From positions 1-21,178 of the forward strand of contig JBIKWF010000072.1 in assembly GCA_044356455.1 (NCBI GenBank): DNA of 21,178 bases, in the 5' to 3' direction. Both the position numbers and the translations under genes were made by a program. The notes below the pieces were generated by a model. It was given only the letters and a program-made list of their open reading frames with translations. It was not told the DNA's origin and made no database searches. Shown here piece after piece: positions 8,995-16,726 of the stretch (positions within the stretch are counted from its first letter, which is position 1; the number at the start of each line of letters is the position of its first letter). Source of the stretch: Bdellovibrionota bacterium (GTDB lineage: Bacteria > Bdellovibrionota_C > UBA2361 > JBGSMV01).

Positions 8995-10398
8995 CTAGCA
9001 AGCGGTCTCGCTACGCATGCCTCTCAAGAGGGTCAAGACGAGAATCTTAAAGTCGAGTGCGATACTCCAGTTCTCAATGTAGTAGAGATCAAACTCTATA
9101 CGCTTATCTATCGAGGTATCGCCGCGCCATCCATTCACTTGCGCCCATCCGGTCATTCCGGCAGGTACTTTGTGCCGAAGCATATAGCGGGGGACCCGGC
9201 GCCTAAATTCTTCGATAAAGACAGGGCGCTCAGGGCGCGGGCCCACAAGAGACATGTCCCCCTTCAATACATTAAAGAGCTGCGGCAATTCATCGAGACT
9301 ATAGGTTCTAAGAAACCGGCCAAGCCAGGTTACACGGTCATCTCCAGTCCGCGACCACTGCGGCCCCTCTTGCTCAGCATCGATACGCATAGTGCGGAAT
9401 TTGACGATCTTAAACCGAGTACCGTCGAAACTGACGCGTTCCTGAGAGTAGAAAATCGGCCCGCGCGAGGTGAGTTTCACCAAAAGCGCCAAAAGAAGCA
9501 TCAAAGGCGCGAGGGTTACAATCATCAAGAAAGAAACAACGAGGTCAAAGGCTCGTTTCGCAATCAAATTCATGGAGTCGAGCGGGGAACTTTGCAGGCT
9601 AATGACAGGCAGCCCCTCAAACTCCTCAATAGCCCCGCCGACACTTACAAATTGATAAACGTCAGGCACAATCTTCACGTCCACCATGGTGTCTTTTACC
9701 GCGTCCATGATGTCCGGCATGAAGTTGTTGTCCTCCCAAGGCAGGGCCACCATGACCTGGTCGATGTCCATTTTTTGAAGGATGGACTTAAGATCAAGGT
9801 ACTTTCCAAGCACGGGAATCCCTAAGGGGCCACGCTTTTCGCCCCCGTCTTTGGACAAACAGCCGAGCACCTGAATCCCAAGCTCGCGTTCATGTCGAAT
9901 GCGCTGCACCACATCAACCGCAACGTTCCCGGCCCCAACTACTACTAGATAGCGCACATTGTAGCCGCGTCTTCTAATTTCCCGTAGGAAGTAGCGCAGA
10001 GCAGAACGCTCGACCGCGGTAAGCAAGGTCGCGAGTACTCCAAAGTACACAAACACAAGTCGAGAGAACGGAACGCTCTTTTCCCTAAACAGGTAGGTCA
10101 CAGCGATAAAAAGCAGGAGCGCCATGACGTTGGCCTGGAGCAGCAAAAAGAGCTCACTCGACCGGCGCACCCCTCGCATAGGCTTGTAAAGCCCCATACG
10201 CTTAAAGACAAAGGCCCAAATAAGCCAAATGAAGAGGAGCATGGCGAGGTAGTTCGAGACCGGGGGAATACCCTTATCGGCCGGAACCCACTCAGTGAAG
10301 AATCGAATCCAGTACGCGAGAATCCAGGCGCAGGAAACCACCGCGATATCGCACGCGATAAACAGCATCTCAAAAAGTTGCCGCTTCTGCTTCAACAT
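8995..10398 (-). CDS. wcaJ: Undecaprenyl-phosphate glucose phosphotransferase (WcaJ-like priming glycosyltransferase)
   Basis: N-terminal TM helices and a central Rossmann-like VVVGAG. C-terminal phosphoglycosyltransferase motifs KRAFD, KFRTM, SLDELPQLFNVLKGDMSLVGPRPE, GMTGWAQVNG and DLYYIENWS. Sugar specificity is inferred. Confidence 0.9.
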   Translation of the reverse strand: MLKQKRQLFEMLFIACDIAVVSCAWILAYWIRFFTEWVPADKGIPPVSNYLAMLLFIWLIWAFVFKRMGLYKPMRGVRRSSELFLLLQANVMALLLFIAVTYLFREKSVPFSRLVFVYFGVLATLLTAVERSALRYFLREIRRRGYNVRYLVVVGAGNVAVDVVQRIRHERELGIQVLGCLSKDGGEKRGPLGIPVLGKYLDLKSILQKMDIDQVMVALPWEDNNFMPDIMDAVKDTMVDVKIVPDVYQFVSVGGAIEEFEGLPVISLQSSPLDSMNLIAKRAFDLVVSFLMIVTLAPLMLLLALLVKLTSRGPIFYSQERVSFDGTRFKIVKFRTMRIDAEQEGPQWSRTGDDRVTWLGRFLRTYSLDELPQLFNVLKGDMSLVGPRPERPVFIEEFRRRVPRYMLRHKVPAGMTGWAQVNGWRGDTSIDKRIEFDLYYIENWSIALDFKILVLTLLRGMRSETAC

Positions 10399-10452
10399 AC
10401 TACTGGGTCACTACACTTAAAAAATGAGCACTCTCCACCACACTCAAAGTCC

Positions 10453-11751
10453 TCAAATCACGCCCCCGATTCCTCGGGCAGCTTCTTGAGTCTTGTGGTG
10501 AAGCCGAATTGCTTGCTCAATCTGCTCTCGCAGCCCCTGCCCCCCGGATTCGCTCTGGAACTTCTTCACCTCGGGGATCGAAAGCCACTCCTGCATAAAT
10601 CGGCGCACACTAAATTTCTCAGCCCATTCCCTCTGCGCCGCGGGATGAAAATCCCCCTCATGCTCAATAAAATACTCGAGGCTTCTTAGAACTTCGTCTT
10701 CAAGGCGACCGCTCGTCTCTCGTATAAATACCCCGGTGGGGGAAAGGGCGGCAAGAGACTTGCTTCCAACGGGGCGCACCCAAGGCGCAACCCCTCGAAC
10801 TGTCTCACGCGCAGCACCAGAACGAAGTGCGATAACAGGCCTCCCGGCAGCCATACATTCTATGGGAATCATCCCAAAGTCCTCTTTGGCGGGGAACACA
10901 AGTGCGCGGGAGCGCCTATAGTACTCACGCAGCTCCGCGTCGGTAACTTTCCCCATAAAGCGCACCGCCGGCCCTGCTAAGCGCCTTAGGCGCTCCTCCT
11001 CCGGACCTGTTCCGACCACCCAAAGAGGCAAATTCGCTTTGGTACACGCCAGCACCACCGCATCAGCGCGTTTATAGGGGACAAGTGCCCCCGCGTAGAG
11101 GAAAGCTTCCCCCGGTCCTTGCGGTAAGGCCAGGCGAGACCAGTAGTCGTCTACTGGCGGGTAAATCACGTCAGCCTTGCGGCCATAAAAACAGCGAATG
11201 CGAGCTTCGACAAAAGAACTAATCGCCACAAAACGCGTCACGCCCCGGCTCCCTGCCCGATCCCAGGCCTGCAAGCCCTTAAGAATTGGCCAAAGCAAGG
11301 AGGTCGCTTTTCCAAAGTACACAGAGGCCTGGTCCCATACGTAACGCATCGGCGTAAGGCAGTAGCATACATGCGGAACTCCGCTCGGCACCCGCACATT
11401 CTTGACGGCCGCGTGGCTGATTGAAATCACAAGATCATACCCCGATAGATCAAGTGACGATGGATTACGTGCCGATAGATTACTTGCCGCAAGATTAATT
11501 GCCGCAAGATTAATTGACCGTGCAGCCGAGGGAAAAAACGGCAGCAGCGCTCGGTAATATCTATGCACCTGCGGAAGGCGCTGGAGCCAAGAGGTTCCTT
11601 TTACCTGGCGATCAATCTGCACACTTGTCGAGCCTGGGACGTGAATAAGCGAAAACACATCCGCCTGTGGGTAGAGCGCCAGAAAAACTTCTAGGCAGCG
11701 CTCTCCGCCCCTAAGGCCCGTCAGCCAGTCATGTAGTAACGCTACTTTCAT
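10453..11751 (-). CDS. Glycosyltransferase family 4 (GT-B, WbaZ-like)
   Basis: MKVALLHDWLTGLRGGER, YCLTPMRYVWD, LVPYKR and EDFGMIPIECMAAGRPVIA. Start set at ATG 11751, 7 nt after the upstream stop. Confidence 0.92.
   Translation of the reverse strand: MKVALLHDWLTGLRGGERCLEVFLALYPQADVFSLIHVPGSTSVQIDRQVKGTSWLQRLPQVHRYYRALLPFFPSAARSINLAAINLAASNLSARNPSSLDLSGYDLVISISHAAVKNVRVPSGVPHVCYCLTPMRYVWDQASVYFGKATSLLWPILKGLQAWDRAGSRGVTRFVAISSFVEARIRCFYGRKADVIYPPVDDYWSRLALPQGPGEAFLYAGALVPYKRADAVVLACTKANLPLWVVGTGPEEERLRRLAGPAVRFMGKVTDAELREYYRRSRALVFPAKEDFGMIPIECMAAGRPVIALRSGAARETVRGVAPWVRPVGSKSLAALSPTGVFIRETSGRLEDEVLRSLEYFIEHEGDFHPAAQREWAEKFSVRRFMQEWLSIPEVKKFQSESGGQGLREQIEQAIRLHHKTQEAARGIGGVI
11431..11520 (-). 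repeat. In-frame degenerate 15-bp tandem repeat (5-6 units) inside the GT4 gene
   Basis: Plus-strand units aagatcataccccga, tagatcaagtgacga, tggattacgtgccga, tagattacttgccgc, aagattaattgccgc, aagattaattgaccg. They encode SINLA-AINLA-ASNLS-ARNPS-SLDLS-GYDLV. Confidence 0.85.
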
Positions 11752-11758
11752 TGAAACA

Positions 11759-13066
11759 TCACCGGCGCAGGTCATCCATGGCTTCCCGGTAGACGTTCAT
11801 AGTGGCCCGAGCCACGTCTATCAGGTCAAATCGAGCGGCAGTCTCGGCCTTAATGCTGGCCCTTGAAGCGCTGTAGGGGGTGGACTTATTTGTGTCGCTG
11901 CCCTCCCAGGCCGAACTCATCGCAGTAGCGAGCGCACTCACCGACATATCTTGCGCGGTGTAGTCGCCCGTCGCCACAAGCTCAAGGAGAGCGGGGACCG
12001 GCCTCATCACGACAGGAGTACCGGATGCGTGCGCTTCTACCACGGGCAAACCAAACCCCTCACGAGTCGATGGAACTACAAGCGCACGGGCGTGTTTGTA
12101 CCAAAGACGGAGCTCTTCCTTACTCACCGGCCCCACCAGAGTGACACCCGGCAAATCCCCCATCTTCTCTAAAAGAGCCGCATCATCACAGAAGCGGTCG
12201 GTGCCCTGCCCCACAATCATCAGTTTCGGCCTATCGGCATCTTGGCGATTCGAAAATTCCCGCTCCAGAGTTCTCCACGCTTGCAAAAGATCATCAAAAC
12301 CCTTGTGAGGCTTCATGGTTGAAAGAATTGAAAGAAAATATGGCTGCTTCGCGCGAGGAGAATGCCCACCTGGAGTATCCAGAGGCTCCTCGAGGAAGAA
12401 CGGATCTACCGCATTGCTTACCACTCGCACATTGCGCAGCACGCGCGGGGATTCTTCTGTGAAATGCCTTACGTCAGAATAGGTAGCCTGACTTACGCAA
12501 ATAACTCGCGACGCTCGCGCTAGGGCGGAGCGAATGAGTTTTCCTGCGACCCAGGGGTAATACCACTGCTGAGGGGTTTGAAGATGGATGAGGTCATGCA
12601 GGGTTACGATACTTGGAATAGGGATTCCGTAAGGCAGCATATAATGGGGAGTATGGAAGAGATCGTATCTCTCCCAAGGAAGCCGGCGTGGCATGAGAAA
12701 AAGTTCATCCAACGAATAGGGAGCCGCGGAATCCTCGATAACTTCAACCTGCGAACGCCACACCATCTTGTCTGCAGCCCCGGGCGCGGTCACCACACCG
12801 ATACGAAGGCGCTCCGTCACGCCCTCACGCGCGACTTCTTCTCGCGAAGCCGTCCAACGACCATCACCAACTGCAATGGCATCGAAAACAGAATCGAGCA
12901 CCGCAGCTTGATGTACGACCGAACGACGCAGGCCTAAAAGGCCGCGAATAAGATTGTCAGTGTAGACCCCGATTCCCCCATGACCAAGCTTGCGCGCATC
13001 AATTAAGATCCGCAGATGCTCGGTCGGATAGGGACGCGCGGCTAGTTTGCGACCTTGCGTGACCAT
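11759..13066 (-). CDS. Glycosyltransferase family 4 (GT-B, MtfB/WbpY-like)
   Basis: ILIDAR..GGIGVY, DLFHTPHY, VTLHDLI, PHKG and PSTREGFGLPVVEAHASGTPVV. Overlaps the 3' end of the GT2 gene; start uncertain. Confidence 0.9.
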   Translation of the reverse strand: MVTQGRKLAARPYPTEHLRILIDARKLGHGGIGVYTDNLIRGLLGLRRSVVHQAAVLDSVFDAIAVGDGRWTASREEVAREGVTERLRIGVVTAPGAADKMVWRSQVEVIEDSAAPYSLDELFLMPRRLPWERYDLFHTPHYMLPYGIPIPSIVTLHDLIHLQTPQQWYYPWVAGKLIRSALARASRVICVSQATYSDVRHFTEESPRVLRNVRVVSNAVDPFFLEEPLDTPGGHSPRAKQPYFLSILSTMKPHKGFDDLLQAWRTLEREFSNRQDADRPKLMIVGQGTDRFCDDAALLEKMGDLPGVTLVGPVSKEELRLWYKHARALVVPSTREGFGLPVVEAHASGTPVVMRPVPALLELVATGDYTAQDMSVSALATAMSSAWEGSDTNKSTPYSASRASIKAETAARFDLIDVARATMNVYREAMDDLRR

Positions 13067-14265
13067 CGTTCGTCCTCCTGCTCGGTAGTGCCCTTTTGTT
13101 CGCCCAGACCAACAACCTCGTCTCGCGCAACAACCCCGCCAAGCTCAGCACTTGCTGACATGCTCGCGGCCGTACCATTACCACTGGCACCCACCAAAGG
13201 AGTCCCTGATCCGATGATTCTTCGAACCATGTAGACTTTCTTACCCTGAGACTCGTAGTAGGTACGAGCAAGCACCTCTCCTAAGAGTCCAAACACCAGA
13301 AACTGAAGACCAATTATCACCAGCATTACGCCAAGCGCCAGCAGAGGACGATTCCCCATCGGCATGTCCATAAAAGTACGCTGGTAAGTGAGGAGCGCGA
13401 GCAGGGCTGTCCCTAAGACACCCGAGCCAAGCCCAATGGCGCCAAAAAGATGAATCGGGCGCTTTGAGAAGCTAAGAAGAAACTTCACCGTAATAAGGTC
13501 AAGCACCACACGGAACGTGCGCGAAATCCCATATTTCGATTTGCCGAACTTTCGAGAGCGGTGATTTACGGGAATCTCCGCAATGCGCGCTCCCATTTCA
13601 TCGGCAAGGGCCGGAATAAATCTATGCATCTCTCCGTAGAGCTTTATGCCTTTGGCCACTTCATGGGTCATGACCTTAAGAGTGCAGCCGTAGTCATGCA
13701 GCTGCACGCGCGTGGACTTTGATATCAACCAATTGGCAAGAACGCTCGGGAGCTTTCGGCTCACAAACGCATCCTGGCGATGCTTACGCCAGCCGGCCAC
13801 CATGTCGTAGCCTTCCCGCAGCTTTGCAATCATACGCGGAAGTTCGCGCGGATCGTTTTGCAAGTCCCCGTCTAACGTAACGACCATGCTAAAGCGCGCG
13901 GCGTCGAGCCCAGCAGCCATAGCCGCGGTTTGCCCAAAATTACGGCGAAATTCAATGACGCGCACATGCGCATCCCCTTTTGAGGCCGCAACGATATTTG
14001 AAATGGTAAGATCCGAGGACCCGTCATCAACGTAGATAAGCTCGTAATCAAACGCTTCCCCCGCGGCATGAAACTGCTTCGAAAGAGACTGCATCACCTC
14101 AGTGAGTTCCTCGTACCCGGCAGCGACATTGTCCTGCTCATTGTATACAGGAATGACCGCCGAGAGCCCTTGAGGCACGGCAAAAGCGACAGAAGGATCG
14201 CCCGACGGAGCCGAGGCAGGAGAAAGAGAAACTGCTTTTTGGGCGAAGCTCAAGGAGACCTCCAA
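13042..14265 (-). CDS. Glycosyltransferase family 2, ArnC/GtrB/DPM-synthase-like polyprenyl-phosphate glycosyltransferase
   Basis: VIPVYNE, VDDGSSD, RRNFGQTAA, DGDLQNDP, HDYGCTLK and YGEMHRFIP, plus two C-terminal TM helices and a polar tail. TTG start uncertain. Confidence 0.92.
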   Translation of the reverse strand: MEVSLSFAQKAVSLSPASAPSGDPSVAFAVPQGLSAVIPVYNEQDNVAAGYEELTEVMQSLSKQFHAAGEAFDYELIYVDDGSSDLTISNIVAASKGDAHVRVIEFRRNFGQTAAMAAGLDAARFSMVVTLDGDLQNDPRELPRMIAKLREGYDMVAGWRKHRQDAFVSRKLPSVLANWLISKSTRVQLHDYGCTLKVMTHEVAKGIKLYGEMHRFIPALADEMGARIAEIPVNHRSRKFGKSKYGISRTFRVVLDLITVKFLLSFSKRPIHLFGAIGLGSGVLGTALLALLTYQRTFMDMPMGNRPLLALGVMLVIIGLQFLVFGLLGEVLARTYYESQGKKVYMVRRIIGSGTPLVGASGNGTAASMSASAELGGVVARDEVVGLGEQKGTTEQEDERWSRKVAN

Positions 14266-14430
14266 CGGTGAGATAAGCGAACAAGATAAAGAGCTTTGGG
14301 TATAACCTATGCGAGGGAGAAGGGTAACATAGAGCTAGATCTCAATCACGCCTGGGAAACATGGCGTAACCGCCTGTAACAACTCGCTTTCCGATCTGTG
14401 CTTGCTTGGAATTCAAATTTTCCCAAGGCC

Positions 14431-15384
14431 TTAGTATCTATGCCGCTGCATCTCGAGATACCGAAGCCTCACAAAAGAGTCGCGCTTGGTGATGTAGCCA
14501 CTATCAATTCCTGCGATAGCAGAGACAAGTACCCCCATTCCTTCAAGCAAAGTGGGACCCGGCCGGTGAAATAGCCTCTCACCCTCGGCGAAGAAAACCT
14601 CCCCGCGTTTTACTGCAGGAGCGGCTTCCCAGTCCGGAAGTTTTTCCAAAACTTTAAACGTCGCAAGTGAAGCCTGATAATCAAGCCCCTCGGGCGCAAC
14701 GATAATCACGTCTGGCCGGAAGGCAACAATTTCTTGCCACGTCACTTCACGGTGGGGCCCTCCTGCCACAGGCTCCTCAGAACTACACGAGGCAAGATTA
14801 ATAAGGTCTGGTATCCACCACCCGCCAAGTTTAAGCGGCGCTACTCCGGCAAGAAAAGTTACGCGCTTATTTTTCATGCGTTCATAAAAACTATCCCCCC
14901 AATCCATGAGCTGAGCCTTCATGCGCTGGGAGAGCTCCTGGCCTTTTTCTTTGCAACCTATGGATTTGGCTACGTGCACCATACCGTCGAACACCTGAGC
15001 GAGAGACGCAGGGCCAACCGCGGCAACAACAACCGGGGCGCCAAGAGCCGCACTAAGCTTTTCCTGAGCCTCTGCAAGCGCGGCCCTAAGAGGACCTGAG
15101 TTCAAATATTCAAGCGCCTGCTTGGGAGGCGCGGGGGGCGAGAGAAAAACATGCGAGGGATTAAGGGCCAAAAGGACCTCAAGATCCACGGGGAACTTGG
15201 AAAGCGAATTCAAAAGGACTTGAAGCGAGCTTCCCGAGGAGCCAGCGCCCTCGCCTGTAACAATCTTGGCCCCAGAAGGACTAGGGAGCGAATCGCAGCG
15301 GTGGGAGACCCCCACGAGCTGCTCTCCTACACCGAGGCTCCTAAGGGTATCAGTGATGAATGGTTCAAGTGAAACAATGCGCAT
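14431..15384 (-). CDS. BtuF/TroA-like helical-backbone binding-protein family member, no signal peptide
   Basis: MRIVSL-P ... LG...LVGVSH-CD, PDVIIVAP, PAVKRGEVF and F-RPGP are typical of the family. Confidence 0.8.
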   Translation of the reverse strand: MRIVSLEPFITDTLRSLGVGEQLVGVSHRCDSLPSPSGAKIVTGEGAGSSGSSLQVLLNSLSKFPVDLEVLLALNPSHVFLSPPAPPKQALEYLNSGPLRAALAEAQEKLSAALGAPVVVAAVGPASLAQVFDGMVHVAKSIGCKEKGQELSQRMKAQLMDWGDSFYERMKNKRVTFLAGVAPLKLGGWWIPDLINLASCSSEEPVAGGPHREVTWQEIVAFRPDVIIVAPEGLDYQASLATFKVLEKLPDWEAAPAVKRGEVFFAEGERLFHRPGPTLLEGMGVLVSAIAGIDSGYITKRDSFVRLRYLEMQRHRY

Positions 15385-15505
15385 GTAAGGAACCTAGCAC
15401 AAGAAACGAACATTGTTGCAGTAGGTAAGTTTATACCTGGTTCAGTTTAAGATGCTTCGGTATCGTAATCGGACGGAGCTTGCTGTGGCTAAGATACTCC
15501 CCCTC

Positions 15506-15572
15506 CTTAGTGTTCTTAGTGTTCTTAGTGGTTGTTTTCTCCTAAACCACTAAGAACACTAAGAACACTAAG
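15506..15572. repeat. Perfect 28-bp inverted repeat made of tandem 9-mers, 11-nt spacer
   Basis: CTTAGTGTT-CTTAGTGTT-CTTAGTGGTT [GTTTTCTCCTA] AACCACTAAG-AACACTAAG-AACACTAAG. Confidence 0.95.
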
Positions 15573-15610
15573 AGAGGTTCTTTTTGACTTGCCTCCCAAG
15601 AGAATCTCGT

Positions 15611-16522
15611 ATGACAAAGACGCCCGCGCCTGCCAGATTTCCCCTCTCCCGTTCTCTATGGCTCGGCGCATTATGTGCCGGAGTTGTCTCAATTTCCTCT
15701 CTTCTGACCTCATGCACTCCCGTTAGTGATTCTTACCCTACCCTCCTTAACCAGGGAGCGCTCGCCCTGAGCACCACGAATCCTTACCTTGGAGCAAATT
15801 TATTTCTCTCACGCGAGCTTGAACGCAGTAGATATCTTTTTAATTTCTTTAAAAGCCGCGGTGCTCCCGTAGCGATTGAGATCATTCAGCCTTCTATCGG
15901 CGCAACACGGTTGCTCATGTACTATCCGAATCAAAGAGAGGTCTACTCAGCAGATTTAGTGCAGGAACCGACCAAGAGAGAATGGATAGTGCGCGGGCCC
16001 TTTGAAATAGAGCGGCAAGACTATCGCACGCTCCTAAGGCTCGACGCCTCAATGGCAGGAGAACCTGTCTTCGAAATTTATGGCAAACCTTTTCGCTTTA
16101 GGTTCAACCAAGGGGACGAGCAAAAACAAGTGCTAAGACCTGCGCTCCCAGAGATTCCTCCGACCCCAATCCCAACCCCGAAGCCTAAGGTAAAGCGGCC
16201 CGTAATCACGGCGCCAAGCACCACCGAAACTATTGTTCCCGCAGTCCCCACCATTGATGTGTTTAAGCCTTTGACCTCGGACCAACAGGCCCTGCTCATG
16301 GCACGTGGATATGCACGCAGGGATGCCAATGGAGACGTGATTCATACCGTCAAGAGCGAGAGTCAGTCACTTGAAAAGATTGTGCGCTGGTACACGGGCA
16401 GCCCCGCAGCACTTGGCGAAGTCGCTAAGTTAAATTCACTGCCGGATGAGGGCAACTTGCCTGCAGGCACCGTAGTGAAGATCCCGGTAAAGCTGGTTAA
16501 GGAAGGCAAGGCCATGCCTTAG
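15611..16522 (+). CDS. Putative lipoprotein with Pro-rich linker and C-terminal LysM-like domain
   Basis: Hydrophobic N-terminus ending in the lipobox-like LTSC. Linker PEIPPTPIPTPKPK. C-terminal HTVKSESQSLEKIVRWYTG...VAKLN...LPAGTVVKIP is LysM-like. ATG 15611 preferred over TTG 15584. Confidence 0.75.
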   Translation: MTKTPAPARFPLSRSLWLGALCAGVVSISSLLTSCTPVSDSYPTLLNQGALALSTTNPYLGANLFLSRELERSRYLFNFFKSRGAPVAIEIIQPSIGATRLLMYYPNQREVYSADLVQEPTKREWIVRGPFEIERQDYRTLLRLDASMAGEPVFEIYGKPFRFRFNQGDEQKQVLRPALPEIPPTPIPTPKPKVKRPVITAPSTTETIVPAVPTIDVFKPLTSDQQALLMARGYARRDANGDVIHTVKSESQSLEKIVRWYTGSPAALGEVAKLNSLPDEGNLPAGTVVKIPVKLVKEGKAMP

Positions 16523-16726
16523 CGCGGCAACGCCGCATTGCCAGAAAGTCTACCACTCTAAAATGGGCTGCGAGGGGGCTCCAAATCGCATCCGATGGTC
16601 GCGATTTGCTAACGCCGTCAGGGCTAACCCTCTGATTTTCCCTGAGGAAGCTCCCCTGCTCTCATACGAAAATGTCGCACAAATGAAGTAGCAGCACACC
16701 GCGAGCTCACACTTCATAACGTAAGC

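Larger units (their letters stand above)
8756..8998. mobile_element. Putative non-autonomous MITE (235-bp body, 8760-8994) with terminal inverted repeats and flanking CTAG
   Basis: CTAG(8756-8759)-GGAGCCTCTGAAA ... TTTCTGAGGCTCC-CTAG(8995-8998). The ends match at 12/13 (16/20 when extended). No listed ORF inside. Confidence 0.7.

Noticed and set aside
4206..9825. Long plus-strand ORFs (e.g. 4206-5006, 5935-6588, 6736-7299, 7318-7872, 9139-9825)
   Set aside because: They lie antisense to well-supported genes and have no recognisable motifs, so they are treated as shadow ORFs.
14363..14374. GGCGGTTACGCC on the minus strand, ops/JUMPstart-like, upstream of the glycosyltransferase operon
   Set aside because: Only GGCGGT matches the GGCGGTAG consensus, which is too short to support, and no RfaH-like gene is in view.
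15506..15572. Possible CRISPR array or intrinsic terminator
   Set aside because: There are no spacer-separated direct repeats and no cas genes, and it lies between divergent genes. It is reported as a palindromic repeat instead.
15584..15612. TTGACT as a sigma-70 -35 box
   Set aside because: No acceptable -10 hexamer lies 16-18 nt downstream.
15525..15726. Short ORFs 15525-15713 (-) and 15532-15726 (+) with LRTLRTLR / SVLSVLS repeats
   Set aside because: They are translations of the 9-mer palindrome and overlap the LysM lipoprotein gene.
16608..16630. GCTAACGCCGTCAGGGCTAAC, loosely like part of a c-di-GMP-I riboswitch
   Set aside because: The GNRA-capped stem and the GCAAA motifs are missing.
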